IMG/VR virus record: IMGVR_UViG_3300010430_000024
Coordinates: 1 to 64,000 of that record
DNA from: a virus
Length of the DNA stretch: 64,000 nucleotides
Direction: 5' to 3' (one strand)
The notes under the pieces are model-generated. The model ran no database searches. It saw only the letters and a list, made by a program, of their open reading frames with translations, and was not told the origin of the DNA. Position numbers and translations under genes: made by a program. Each line of letters begins with the position of its first letter. Position 1 is the stretch's first letter. This document shows positions 10,424 to 20,652 of the stretch, in pieces.

Positions 10424-10977
10424 TAGTCGAACTCCGCGCTAAAGTCTGAAGTGAATACATTGTCGTACGTGTATCCAAGATAATAATCATTGCCAGCCGC
10501 AGCAACACCATCAAACACTACATTGAACGGCACGGTAAATGACGGACAGTCTGCCTCGGTTCTTGTCATGGACACAAACCAGCTCATATCGTCACGCTGA
10601 ATGTACACACACTCACCAAAGATAAACGTCATTGCCTGATCGAGCACGATATGCCTCTCACCGCCAACGAGAGCCTCTGTGATCGTCCCTGTCGCTGGAT
10701 ACAGTATGTTCGGTTCAGGTGGGCAGGAATTCAGCCCAGTGCCGTCTGGTAACCCGTAGCCATCCTCGATAGATATCTCTGGTGCAGGTCTGTACAGGGC
10801 TATAGGATCAGTCACCGTGACTGGTATCTCTTGAGGGTGTTTCGGCTCCCACCAATCAGGATGCACCAGCAAGCCGGGAACGTGACCGTCCTCGACCAGA
10901 TCGCGGTACATCATCTTCTGTCCTGAGCGCTGACACTCAGCAACAGCGTTATGACCCTTGGCGTAAGTCTTGCTCAT
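10423..10977 (-). CDS. Conserved phage protein (CxxxG...WEPKHPQ) with C-terminal extension
   Basis: 184 aa coupled ORF in the head-tail region. Confidence 0.55.
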   Translation of the reverse strand: MSKTYAKGHNAVAECQRSGQKMMYRDLVEDGHVPGLLVHPDWWEPKHPQEIPVTVTDPIALYRPAPEISIEDGYGLPDGTGLNSCPPEPNILYPATGTITEALVGGERHIVLDQAMTFIFGECVYIQRDDMSWFVSMTRTEADCPSFTVPFNVVFDGVAAAGNDYYLGYTYDNVFTSDFSAEFD

Positions 10978-11702
10978 CGATAATGTCTCGCACTCCCTCT
11001 CCTTCGCCTGCTGCCAGACGTTGGAACGATGCGTACATCACCACGCTCGCGAACAGCATTTTGAGCCTTGAAGAATGCGTTCTCTGCTTTGCCGTATAGC
11101 GCCTGTTCGAGTTCAGGTGGCGCGAACTTCTCAGCCAGACGAAACGCCAGACCGTAAGCGAAAGCATCGTACATTTGGTAAGGGATGTCAGCGGTATCAG
11201 CTGCGGTATCCGAGTCCTCGAATTTACGCACAGTGTCGAACACCAGTATGTCGGTCGAGTTCTCAGGAGTAGTCCAGAGCGTCATGGTAATGCCATCGCG
11301 CCCCTTGTCGATAAATACCCTGTCAGGTCGTCCCTCAATGTCTTTCTCAGGGATGTCGAGGTACTCACTGCGAGGCATGAATGTGACAGGCGTGTCTACG
11401 CCATTACGGCGCAACGCCACATCAATAATGTCGATGATGTTTGTACCACTGACATCGAGATCGAAGTCCGTACCAGCAACGTAAGAAGCCTGACTCTCAA
11501 CAAGAGTCATGGTCTCCTGCACGATACGGAAATCGTGATAGTCCTCAGTCGCCCATGCAGCCAACATGAAACGCATGGAGCGCCGAGCAGATAGAATGTG
11601 CCTGCCAGTAATCTTGGCAGGGTCTATCCGCGCACGCTCCATGGCCTCATCGACCAGCTCAGCGAGATCGGGATTAAAAATGTACGTCCCTGATGTCGCC
11701 AT
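10974..11702 (-). CDS. Head-tail connector/adaptor protein
   Basis: 242 aa. MATSGTY..., SARRS..., EYLDIP.K...GRP and LA..LA.K.AP motifs typical of the family. Confidence 0.7.
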   Translation of the reverse strand: MATSGTYIFNPDLAELVDEAMERARIDPAKITGRHILSARRSMRFMLAAWATEDYHDFRIVQETMTLVESQASYVAGTDFDLDVSGTNIIDIIDVALRRNGVDTPVTFMPRSEYLDIPEKDIEGRPDRVFIDKGRDGITMTLWTTPENSTDILVFDTVRKFEDSDTAADTADIPYQMYDAFAYGLAFRLAEKFAPPELEQALYGKAENAFFKAQNAVRERGDVRIVPTSGSRRRRGSARHYR

Positions 11703-11706
11703 GAGC

Positions 11707-12084
11707 TTATCCTTGCTGAATAGTGTACGTTACAGAGCCAGTGCCAGCCGTGATGTTGATACGAATAGCAAACATCGGTTTATCCGAGATAGCAACGGAA
11801 GCATCAGCACTGCCACTCGCGATCTCGTTATCCCAGTCAGCACTCGCTGGAGCAACATACCTGTCATTCGGATTGCCTGCATTGCCACCACCGACATTAA
11901 CTGCTGCAAGAGCAGTCGCGTCATACATGATGTTTTGAGAGGTAGAGTCAACCGTGAAGGTGACTGTGCCATTCGCAACAACATGTATCCTCATGTCATC
12001 GAGTGCTGTCTCAACAACTACATAGGTCGCGCCTGTACCTGCTGGCGTAGTGCCAGTGATTGGGCGTTTACGAAGGTGTCCCAT
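11707..12084 (-). CDS. Small virion structural protein
   Basis: 125 aa beta-rich ORF in the structural operon. Confidence 0.55.
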   Translation of the reverse strand: MGHLRKRPITGTTPAGTGATYVVVETALDDMRIHVVANGTVTFTVDSTSQNIMYDATALAAVNVGGGNAGNPNDRYVAPASADWDNEIASGSADASVAISDKPMFAIRINITAGTGSVTYTIQQG

Positions 12085-12095
12085 AAGTCACCCCC

Positions 12096-12566
12096 TTAGT
12101 TGTTTACAGAGCCATCATCATCGAACGTGTAGGTGATGAATATGTCGAACGTGCCGCCAGTAGCATTCGTGCCACCACCGTCACTAACGGTGATCTCTGC
12201 CAACTCGGTGTTTGGCACACCAAGTAACACGCCACCACCAGTGCCCATGATCGCGGTAATGCTTGCCGTGATATCAACACCATCAACGAGACCGTCATCG
12301 TCGGGCGTACCCAACTCAAGACCTACATCAAGCAGCGGGTTAGTACCGCCAGTCGCCGCACTGAACACATCAACCTTCAGCGGGATCGCATTGATTGGCA
12401 AAAACTTGCCAGTCAGTATTCCTGCTGCGGCGAGAGTTGCGTCAATGCCTCTAATTGCCAATACAACCGGAACTACAGCAACTGCTGGTGCCGGGGTTTT
12501 ACTGCTGCTTGCCTCTGTTGCGCCACTGGCTCTCCAGTAGCCTTTAATTGTACTTCTGATACCCAT
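12096..12566 (-). CDS. Putative capsid decoration protein
   Basis: 156 aa Ala/Gly/Thr-rich ORF directly after the capsid gene. Confidence 0.55.
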   Translation of the reverse strand: MGIRSTIKGYWRASGATEASSSKTPAPAVAVVPVVLAIRGIDATLAAAGILTGKFLPINAIPLKVDVFSAATGGTNPLLDVGLELGTPDDDGLVDGVDITASITAIMGTGGGVLLGVPNTELAEITVSDGGGTNATGGTFDIFITYTFDDDGSVNN

Positions 12567-12603
12567 CTGTCTGTCTCCAGTCCACTAAGTGGTCGTCAGG
12601 GTG

Positions 12604-12628
12604 AAAGGCAGGGACCGAAGTCCCTGCC
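12604..12628 (-). terminator. Intrinsic terminator after the major capsid gene
   Basis: Minus strand GGCAGGGAC-TTCG-GTCCCTGCC followed by TTT. Confidence 0.7.
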
Positions 12629-12639
12629 AATCAGGTTGC

Positions 12640-13554
12640 TTATGCGCTTCCAGAACTTCCGAATGCGCCTCGGTAGTCAGACCAACCGAACGTGTAGCGT
12701 TCACGCGCTTTGTAACGCATGTTGCCAGTCTCGAAGTCGCCTTCAAGACCACGTTGGATGTTCTTCCTGACCATGTGCTTCAAGCCATCCGGGCAGTCAG
12801 TAATCAAAGTCCACGCACTGGGGTCCGTGAGACGATGATTCTTATGCGATCCACCGGGGATCATGCCCATCTTCTTCACGGCATTGATATCGTTGTCTGC
12901 CGTACCGGGACGGTAAGGAGACATCAACAGCCGCTCAGCGACAAAGCATAGGTCGGTTGGGATGATTAACTTGGTAGCTCGAACAGCGATAGGGATCGAA
13001 CGCTCGTCCACGAACTTGCTGATGGCGATCAGAGCTTCCTCAAGAGAGGTCTCCGACAGGTCAGCCTGTGTCGTAAACGTGTTCGCCTGCGTGCCACCGC
13101 CGAAGAGCGGATGCGCCGTCGAGAACAACTCAACTCCGTCACCGCCCGGATAGGCAGAGTCGTAGCCGTTGTTCAAGGTAGCCGCACCTTTAACTTCCTT
13201 GGTGTGCTGCATTGAGCGTGCAAGTGCCTTGGAGTACTTAGAGCCGAACGATCCATACAGACCATCTTCCTCAGCTTCTTCCGTCAGGGAGAAGGCAAGG
13301 GCAATAGTCTCGTGGACATATCGTGACGTGAATGCTTCGCCGCCCTGATCATAACTGACCGGAGCACCTTCAGGCTTAACTGGAGCACCAGCCAGACCTG
13401 CAAGCAACACATCCTCTTCATACGCTTTAGTGGAATTCTCTACCGCATAGATAGGTCTCCACTCCTGCTCGTACCTACGAAACTCCAGCCCGAAGACGGT
13501 GTTCAAGCCTTCTTGCAAGAGCTTACGAAAACGAGCGCGATTCATGATAGCCAT
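12640..13554 (-). CDS. Major capsid protein (HK97 fold)
   Basis: 304 aa. KLLQEGLNTVFGLE, ETIALAFSLTEEAEEDGLY, ALARSMQHTKEVK and GDFETGNMRYKARERY motifs. Confidence 0.9.
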   Translation of the reverse strand: MAIMNRARFRKLLQEGLNTVFGLEFRRYEQEWRPIYAVENSTKAYEEDVLLAGLAGAPVKPEGAPVSYDQGGEAFTSRYVHETIALAFSLTEEAEEDGLYGSFGSKYSKALARSMQHTKEVKGAATLNNGYDSAYPGGDGVELFSTAHPLFGGGTQANTFTTQADLSETSLEEALIAISKFVDERSIPIAVRATKLIIPTDLCFVAERLLMSPYRPGTADNDINAVKKMGMIPGGSHKNHRLTDPSAWTLITDCPDGLKHMVRKNIQRGLEGDFETGNMRYKARERYTFGWSDYRGAFGSSGSA

Positions 13555-13566
13555 TATTACGCTCCT

Positions 13567-14157
13567 TTACGTAGTAGGTTTAGCAGCTTCAAGCACTGCT
13601 TCGTTGAAGATGACTTCGACCTTGGCGTTCGCACCAATTTCGGCAGGGAAAATGCCGTCAGGTGCGGTAGCTAGACCGAGAGTCAGGAACTGACCAGTTG
13701 CGCCGTACGTCGAATCCAACTGTTGACCGGAGACACCAGTAGCAGCATTACCTGCCGTAACGTCTTCCATGTCAGCAGCCAGACCAATATTCGCAGCAGC
13801 GATGGTCAGGGCTTGTACTGCGTAAACGATGCCGGGGTCGGTATAGACGAACGCCTCAGCAGCTACACTGCCAAGAGTTGCCGTACCGGAAGCCCATTGC
13901 TTTTTCCACTGCACGTCGCCTGCTGCATCTGTGTACTGGCAACCCGCGAATACTCCTAGAACTACCGGAGATGGGGTGCCCTGTGCACCTACGGCAACAT
14001 CGATGTTCTTACTGGTGCCAGTAAGAATAACAACGTCACCAAGGAAGATGTCGGACGCGAGAGCAGAAGCAATAGTAAAACCGCCATCGTAACGCACAGT
14101 GCCACCCTTGAGGTGGCGAACGGGACTAAACCCGCTTTTTGCGTCGAGATTTGCCAT
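13567..14157 (-). CDS. Capsid-associated (cement/auxiliary) protein
   Basis: 196 aa. MANLDAKSGFSPV..., IFLGD.V and GVFAGCQYTD motifs; immediately upstream of the capsid gene. Confidence 0.65.
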   Translation of the reverse strand: MANLDAKSGFSPVRHLKGGTVRYDGGFTIASALASDIFLGDVVILTGTSKNIDVAVGAQGTPSPVVLGVFAGCQYTDAAGDVQWKKQWASGTATLGSVAAEAFVYTDPGIVYAVQALTIAAANIGLAADMEDVTAGNAATGVSGQQLDSTYGATGQFLTLGLATAPDGIFPAEIGANAKVEVIFNEAVLEAAKPTT

Positions 14158-14168
14158 TGAACATTCCT

Positions 14169-14729
14169 TTATTCATCGTCAGCCACCCTAACGGGTTGTA
14201 CCCGTCTTGCTGGGTGGGACACCGATGTTTTATGCTCTGAAATAATCGGATGCCCCGCTATCTGGGCCGACTCAAGGTCATGTTCAACGCTTAGCATCTG
14301 GTTCGCAGTATCGCGCCTGATGGTTTCTTTGCGATTCTCAAGGACACGTGAGTCGATCTCCATCAAGATGAGATCATCCACCACAATCATCCCCTCATTT
14401 GAATTCGCGAAGGTGGCATAAATGCGCCAGTCTTCAGGCAACGAATCAGGTGACCGAGGTCTCCATCCTTCGCGCCATGCACGGTTCAAATTTTTGGGAT
14501 CATCCGCACCGAATAGTGACTTCCTGACCCAGCGTTGAGTCATTCCATCCTGAGCAGGTGGTGCGTCGAGCGAACTCGGTCGCACCCACTGGGCCTCAGT
14601 TTGTTGGTGGGTGGCATCGTACTCCGACATCTCGTCCACACGAGACTCGTGTCCATGGTCAACGCCATGGGTGGTAACAGCTGGCTTAGGTGCTACCTTT
14701 TTGCTTACTTTCTTTTTGCTGGCAGTCAT
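14169..14729 (-). CDS. Conserved head-module protein
   Basis: 186 aa. WVRPSSLDAPPA..G...RWVR...D.KN.....REGW motif; lies between scaffold and capsid. Confidence 0.65.
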   Translation of the reverse strand: MTASKKKVSKKVAPKPAVTTHGVDHGHESRVDEMSEYDATHQQTEAQWVRPSSLDAPPAQDGMTQRWVRKSLFGADDPKNLNRAWREGWRPRSPDSLPEDWRIYATFANSNEGMIVVDDLILMEIDSRVLENRKETIRRDTANQMLSVEHDLESAQIAGHPIISEHKTSVSHPARRVQPVRVADDE

Positions 14730-15781
14730 CGGTTTTCTCCTTGCTCGGCTTCTCGCTTATTACGTGCAAACTCTCTCAAGACCTCTGGGTCGTTCGGGTC
14801 AAGATTAAATTGCCGCATAGTCGCAAAATCCTCCGCATCAAGATTAACCTTACTGCTGCTGGATCGCTGGTGGCGTGTTTCATTGCCGCCGACTGGAGCT
14901 ACAACAGGTTTGCCTCGTCGTCTCTCGGTGTCAGTGTCGCTCTCGGCACCAGCATCCAAATCATCATACAGTTCCGGTGCCTTCTCCTGAATTCGCTTGT
15001 TGAGTTCTTTGAAGTACTCAGGCGTATTAGGATCGTAACCGTCTGCATAAACCTCTTTATCAAGGCGATTGGCAAGACGGGTCTGTCGTTCAAACCCGTC
15101 TTGTTTGTACCAATCACCTTGGTCTTCCATCCACTTCGACGTTTCCGTATCTGTGGCTTTCCGACTCGTTGGTGTAACTCTATCATCAAACGGTTGTACA
15201 TTACCATCTGGTGATAGATTGTCTAGGTTGGTTTCAGCCATCACTTTGTCAGCTTTCAGATCAGTAAGCCGCGTCGTGAGACGCACCTGATCGTCTGTCT
15301 TACCGTCCTCAATAGCTTGTTTGAGATCGGCCTGAGTCTGCGTGATAGCCGAACCAGCCTGTTCGACAGTTCTCTGGAAGGCTTTCTTGTCTCGGTCATG
15401 GGAGTCTTTAGCAAGCCTGTTCGCCTGCTCTTCCCAGTAATCGCCGCGCTGCTTTTCCTTAGCCGTTGCTCGTGTAGCGCGTTGAATCCGAGCCTTCACC
15501 TTCTTCGAGTATCCGTCATCGTCACTGTCACTACTTGCAGTCTGCTTCTTGCTGTCTTGCTTATCGGCTGCTGAATCATCTACTGAGTCATCAACGTCTG
15601 CGGATCGCAATCCATCAAGCTGCTGGCTGTCGTCGTTTACGTCACTAACGTCTGCCGATTGTGCATCGGGAGATAGTTGAATGCCGTCGTCTTTCGTGTC
15701 AGCGTCCAAGTCCACAGTAACAGGTTCTTTCTCCTGCATACCGTGTAAGTCTTCAAAAACTATTTCATTTTCAGTGCCCAT
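14726..15781 (-). CDS. Capsid scaffolding protein
   Basis: 351 aa. Acidic N terminus, YSKKVKARI coiled coil, position after the portal. Confidence 0.7.
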   Translation of the reverse strand: MGTENEIVFEDLHGMQEKEPVTVDLDADTKDDGIQLSPDAQSADVSDVNDDSQQLDGLRSADVDDSVDDSAADKQDSKKQTASSDSDDDGYSKKVKARIQRATRATAKEKQRGDYWEEQANRLAKDSHDRDKKAFQRTVEQAGSAITQTQADLKQAIEDGKTDDQVRLTTRLTDLKADKVMAETNLDNLSPDGNVQPFDDRVTPTSRKATDTETSKWMEDQGDWYKQDGFERQTRLANRLDKEVYADGYDPNTPEYFKELNKRIQEKAPELYDDLDAGAESDTDTERRRGKPVVAPVGGNETRHQRSSSSKVNLDAEDFATMRQFNLDPNDPEVLREFARNKREAEQGENR

Positions 15782-15793
15782 TATTCACCCCTG

Positions 15794-16192
15794 CTAAATG
15801 TGTGCGCGGAACTGAGTCGGGTCTTTAACGATAGCCATAACGCCATCGTCATTCATCGATAAGTACTTCACGCCGTTTTTCATGTGGACCTTCTGCCCAC
15901 CGTAAGTGCCAAACACTATCCAGTCACCAACCTTCGGCTTTGGATCAACGTCTGCCAGATTGATACCCGAACGAGTGACAGCCTTGTAGCAAAGATTACC
16001 CATCGCTACGATCTGTCCGACGTACGTCAGGTACTCTTCTGACTCGCGTGCAGTCTCAGCGTAGACAATCCCACCAGCTGATTCCTTTGGTGGCTCGTAC
16101 GGTCTGACAATCAAGCGCCATCCAATCGGTGTGAGCGGCAGCTCTGCCTCGACCTTTGGAGCTACAAAAGAAACCTCACCCATTGTCGTCAC
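15794..16192 (-). CDS. groES: GroES/Cpn10-like co-chaperonin
   Basis: PIGWRLIVRP...SAGGIVY...GQIVAMG...KVGDWIVFGTYGG...MNDDGVMA matches the Cpn10 pattern. Confidence 0.85.
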   Translation of the reverse strand: MTTMGEVSFVAPKVEAELPLTPIGWRLIVRPYEPPKESAGGIVYAETARESEEYLTYVGQIVAMGNLCYKAVTRSGINLADVDPKPKVGDWIVFGTYGGQKVHMKNGVKYLSMNDDGVMAIVKDPTQFRAHI

Positions 16193-16415
16193 CCGTCATC
16201 TCTGGAAGGTCACTATCGTCTGCTGCCTCAATCATCTTGTTGAGTAAGTCCTTGGATATCTTGACGGTCTGCTCCATGCCCTGAATGCGACCGCACGCTC
16301 GGTTGTACGCCTCCATATTTGGTAGCGAACCCTTCGCTATCGTGACGGACTGTTCGACCACTGACTGCTTGATGATCGTTTCGAGGTTCTTTATGAAATG
16401 TCTAACTTGTTGCAT
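16176..16415 (-). CDS. Conserved small phage protein
   Basis: 79 aa; Y...CGRIQG motif; lies between portal and GroES. Confidence 0.55.
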   Translation of the reverse strand: MQQVRHFIKNLETIIKQSVVEQSVTIAKGSLPNMEAYNRACGRIQGMEQTVKISKDLLNKMIEAADDSDLPEMTGDDNG

Positions 16416-16561
16416 CTAACTTTCTCCTTGCTACGCCTGCCAGTTTATCGAGCAGTGTTTGATATGACGCGCCAGTCTCCTGTGCGGAACGGGCGAATTG
16501 TCGAGGGGATACACCACGAACGCCTCTCTTACGGAGGAACTCGCGTGCTGCACGCACTTCT

Positions 16562-18994
16562 TTAGGTTTTGGTTGTGCCACTCGGTCGTGCCTTTTTCTG
16601 TGTCGCAGCTTTTGCCGCTGCCAGCTTATCTTCTCTTGCGATCTTTGCTTCGTTAGCTCTTGCTTCACGAGCCTCCTTCCTGTTCGCCATGAAGTCATCG
16701 CGCTGCTCTTTGCTCATCGCAGCAGCCTCTTGACGCTCTATATCTGCGAGGGTGGCTTCATCCTGCCGTGCCATCAATCTGTCGTGGGCATCGTCCAGTC
16801 TCGCCTGCTCGCGTTCATGCACTTCATCGTCAGGGTCCATGCTGTCGTCAGGGTCCATGATCTGTATCTGCGGAACCTGAGCCGCTGCCTGTGCGATCTG
16901 CTGCTCCAGCTCTGGTGGCATTGGCTGCTCTGGACCAAACTGTCCGGGTTGCGGCAACTGGTTACCCAGCATCCGTTGCATTTCCACGAAGTACTTGAAT
17001 GAGTAATGCTGTGCCATGTGCGCCTGCATGATCGGACCCAGCTGCTCCAGTGCCTCTGGTTGCAGACCATTGACAAAGTTCATGTGCACCTTGATGTGTG
17101 CGTCATGGTCTTGGTCGATGAACGGTTGGGCACTCTGCCCTTGCAGCATGTCCATGTTCTCCATCACAGGGTCTTTGCGCTGTGGCTGGTTCTTCTGCAA
17201 CACACCGTCTGGATCAGGGATGCGAATAGCCTTCAGGAAGCGCTCTTCGACCTCCATGCGGTTGTACAGGTCAGGCGCTTGTGTTGCCCTCTCGATGAGA
17301 GCTTGTCCCTGAGCGATCCTCTGAGTGCTTGAGAAGATGTTCGGATCACTGATGGGAATAACATCGACCCTGCCGTCGTAGTCATTACGGAGCACTACAG
17401 ACTCAGGGTCTTCAACCTTGTAAGGGTACTGGTCCGGTAGGAATTCATAGTTTAGCTCAGCACGTAGTTTGAACTCTTCTGCCGCCGCCATATGTAGACG
17501 GCGATGGATGGCAGACAAGGGCTTACTGCCCTGCTCTATGAGTGCGATGGTTGTACCCACCGGACCAGTGTTCGATGCCTCACCTGTCAGCACTTCTGTT
17601 GAGCTGCTGAACGATTTGCCTGCCTCAAGCAGAACCTCGAACAGTTTAGCCAGTGCTGGCGATGGGTCTTTGAATGGTGGCGTGTAGAAGGCGCGTGCCA
17701 ACTCTTCAGCCGACATGTTCACTTCTTTGTACAGTCCCGGCGTGATGTGCTCGTCACCGGGCTTCAGCTTAGCGTCATTGGAGACGTAGCCACCCTGCAT
17801 GTTGGCGAACGCAGCAGAGTCGAGAAGCGCCCTGATGGTCGCTGACGTAGCCTCAGCCACGCTGCCGATGAGGTGCAGCAAACCAAAGCCGTAGAAGCCC
17901 AGACCCGGAAGATATTTGTAGTGCGTGAACCAGATGCGCTTTTGCATCAGCTCGTCATCTTCCCTCCAGTTGCGACGGATGGATAACACCTCACGTGTCT
18001 CACGCTCGATGGTGACGATGTACGGCAGTGGTGACTGCTTGCCGTAGCGCTCTTGGTCAGTATCTACCATCAAGTCGCAGTGACACTCAAGCACGGTGTA
18101 CACGTTGTCATCGGTGTGCGTGTCAGGAGACCGTGAGTCAGCAATGTCCTCATGCTCTCGGATGCGGTCATCACCAGTGTCTGTTGCATACGGTGTCAGG
18201 TCAGGTAGCTCCAGCGCCTCCCAGAACCCTGACTCGAACAGCTTCTTCATCTCTGTCGAGTTCTTGAACATCCGATGCGTGTAGCGTGGTGAACTCGCAA
18301 GGTCGGTGGCGATGTACGGCACGATGAAATCAGACGATGGGATGTAGCGACTCACCACCATGTTGCTGAGGCTGTCCCAGTACGTTTTCTTGAACGCTGA
18401 TCCACCCAGTGGCAGATAGAACAACATCGAATCGACCTGCCAGAAGTAGCTGCGATCCTGATCAAGAATCTGGTAGTTCATGTGGTTCTTGATGCGGTCG
18501 GCTTGATCCTCTGTTTCGCGAGTCATCTCACCCACGACCTTGGTCTTCACTGGTCCTTCTGATGGGAATATCTCTTCGATGGCACGCGCCTGAAATTGCA
18601 CCACAGCTTCACCAATGAGCGGATACGTCACTGCACTGGCACCATCGAATGGCAGCTCTTCACCGGGGATGTTGTTCAGACCCAACAGCTCCATGGCTTG
18701 ATCCATGCGTTGCTCCCAGTCCTTACGAGACTCGATGTCGGTCTCCACCCACTCGATCACATCGTTAGCCAGCTTCTGAAGCTCGGTGCGGGACAAGTCG
18801 TACATGATGTTAGCTGCGTGCTCATCACTGTCGTCTTGCGACATACGGCTCATACCGGGATTGAAGTCTACCGTGGCGCTGTTGCCGCGACGTGTTATCT
18901 GTGCGCCGCCAACCTCACCAGAGAATCCCTCATCAGGCATCTCTGGCATCTCAGGACTACGCCCGTAATCAATATCGTCTGGTCGTGTTGCCAT
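16562..18994 (-). CDS. Portal protein
   Basis: 810 aa. DIESRKDWE, EAVVQFQARA, LPLGGSAFKK, YLPGLGFYGFGLLH and PVGTTIALIE motifs; follows terL. Confidence 0.9.
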   Translation of the reverse strand: MATRPDDIDYGRSPEMPEMPDEGFSGEVGGAQITRRGNSATVDFNPGMSRMSQDDSDEHAANIMYDLSRTELQKLANDVIEWVETDIESRKDWEQRMDQAMELLGLNNIPGEELPFDGASAVTYPLIGEAVVQFQARAIEEIFPSEGPVKTKVVGEMTRETEDQADRIKNHMNYQILDQDRSYFWQVDSMLFYLPLGGSAFKKTYWDSLSNMVVSRYIPSSDFIVPYIATDLASSPRYTHRMFKNSTEMKKLFESGFWEALELPDLTPYATDTGDDRIREHEDIADSRSPDTHTDDNVYTVLECHCDLMVDTDQERYGKQSPLPYIVTIERETREVLSIRRNWREDDELMQKRIWFTHYKYLPGLGFYGFGLLHLIGSVAEATSATIRALLDSAAFANMQGGYVSNDAKLKPGDEHITPGLYKEVNMSAEELARAFYTPPFKDPSPALAKLFEVLLEAGKSFSSSTEVLTGEASNTGPVGTTIALIEQGSKPLSAIHRRLHMAAAEEFKLRAELNYEFLPDQYPYKVEDPESVVLRNDYDGRVDVIPISDPNIFSSTQRIAQGQALIERATQAPDLYNRMEVEERFLKAIRIPDPDGVLQKNQPQRKDPVMENMDMLQGQSAQPFIDQDHDAHIKVHMNFVNGLQPEALEQLGPIMQAHMAQHYSFKYFVEMQRMLGNQLPQPGQFGPEQPMPPELEQQIAQAAAQVPQIQIMDPDDSMDPDDEVHEREQARLDDAHDRLMARQDEATLADIERQEAAAMSKEQRDDFMANRKEAREARANEAKIAREDKLAAAKAATQKKARPSGTTKT

Positions 18995-18996
18995 GG

Positions 18997-20652
18997 TTAT
19001 CCTCTTTGACCTCCGTACATGCGAACAGGCTTGTTCACATGATTCATCAGGTTGTCGTTGTCATCATCATCGTCCAAGAAGTCAGCACTCCACTTCTTCC
19101 TCAACCACAGCATTGCCATGGTGCAGGTGTCTACCAAGTCGTCATGATCATCTGCCGGGAAGTTACCACACTGGGAAATCACTTCGCTTGCCCAGTTGCG
19201 CTTCACGTAGAAGACGCAACCACGCTCTAACACAAGAGACGCAGCGTGCGCTCGCACGAACTTCGAGTCAGTGACTTTGATTCGCGCTACGGGGAGGTTC
19301 GCACGCCGCATTTCCTGCGCCAAAGAGTGACCGGATGCCTTCTTCTCGATCAGCACCTTATCGGGTTTCCATAGCTCAGCAGCCTGCATTGCATTGTCAC
19401 GCAACTCAGGGAACTCCATGCGTTTGTTCAGTCGCTCCAGCATGATCAGGCACAGTCGTGTCTGTCCTTTGTATTGTGCTGTCCACGGCAACTTCGGATT
19501 GAGCCGCTCTTCGTACTCGAACACGCCCCACGTGGTCCGGGCACTGTAGTCATGCTCTTCATCCTCTTCAAATGCGGTGTCGTATGACTGGATGATCATG
19601 GACAGCTCTGGCAACTCTGGCTCTACCCACTCGCGCCAGTGATGCTCTTTCATGATGTTGCCGCCCTTGGCTGACGGGTTCTGCTGAATCTGTGACTCGA
19701 AGCCTCGCTCGGTCAGCTCCATGGAGAGCTTCGCCATCTCTTCAGGACCGAAGCGATCCTCTTGCAGTAGGTCGTTCTCCACCTTACGTGGATCAGTGAA
19801 GATCAACTGCTCTTTGCGTAGCGGCGCTATGTGATCACCAAAGGTCCAGATTTCAGGATCAGCAGGGATGACTCTCTTGCTCTCCTTCTTCGCCTTGGTG
19901 ATGCAGCGAGTCTTCGGCATGAAGTAACCGGGAAGGTTGAGGTGCACCCACCCACCAGTTGAGAGTACATGCCCCGGAAGGTCTTGGTGATGACCCCGCT
20001 GTGCGATGATCACGCGACCGAGCTTCTTCATGTCGTTGCCACGTGTTGACATGGTGTCTCGCCACCAGTCGATTACGCCTGCGCGGATCGTGTCGGAGTT
20101 GATCTCTTTCATGTTGTGAGCGTCATCCACTACGATGCGATCACCACCCTCACCCGTTGCAGTACCACCTACTGATGTCGCCAGTCGGTAGCCGTAGTAA
20201 TCGTTATCGAACCTGCCCTTCTGGTTGAGGTCGCTCGACAACTGATAGCAATCCCCGAAACGCTCCTGATACCAAGGCGACTGTATTAAGCGGCGACACT
20301 TCACGCTGTCTCGAATCGTCAGGGACGATGCGTACGTTGCAAACAGCCACTGTGTTGATGGGTTCCATGTCCATTCCCAAGCAGGCCACATGACAGCCAC
20401 GACCGTGGACTTCGAGTGTCGTGGTGGGATGTTGATCACGAGGTCATCGATATCACCCAGTGATACATACGTGAGGTGCTCACAGATGGCATCGATGTGC
20501 CAGCCGCTCTTGAATTCCTTGCCCGGTTCAACCACGTGCCATGCTTCAGCGACGAACCTCTTCAGGTCTCGCTTCATCTCTTCAGCCTGTGCCCACGTCC
20601 ACAGTCGTGAGGCTGAGTGCTGGTCTATATCTTGTGGGAGAATTTCAATCAT
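18997..20652 (-). CDS. terL: Terminase large subunit
   Basis: INIPPRHSKS Walker A, IVVDD Walker B, QQNP, SYDTAF and HDDLVD nuclease motifs. Confidence 0.95.
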   Translation of the reverse strand: MIEILPQDIDQHSASRLWTWAQAEEMKRDLKRFVAEAWHVVEPGKEFKSGWHIDAICEHLTYVSLGDIDDLVINIPPRHSKSTVVAVMWPAWEWTWNPSTQWLFATYASSLTIRDSVKCRRLIQSPWYQERFGDCYQLSSDLNQKGRFDNDYYGYRLATSVGGTATGEGGDRIVVDDAHNMKEINSDTIRAGVIDWWRDTMSTRGNDMKKLGRVIIAQRGHHQDLPGHVLSTGGWVHLNLPGYFMPKTRCITKAKKESKRVIPADPEIWTFGDHIAPLRKEQLIFTDPRKVENDLLQEDRFGPEEMAKLSMELTERGFESQIQQNPSAKGGNIMKEHHWREWVEPELPELSMIIQSYDTAFEEDEEHDYSARTTWGVFEYEERLNPKLPWTAQYKGQTRLCLIMLERLNKRMEFPELRDNAMQAAELWKPDKVLIEKKASGHSLAQEMRRANLPVARIKVTDSKFVRAHAASLVLERGCVFYVKRNWASEVISQCGNFPADDHDDLVDTCTMAMLWLRKKWSADFLDDDDDNDNLMNHVNKPVRMYGGQRG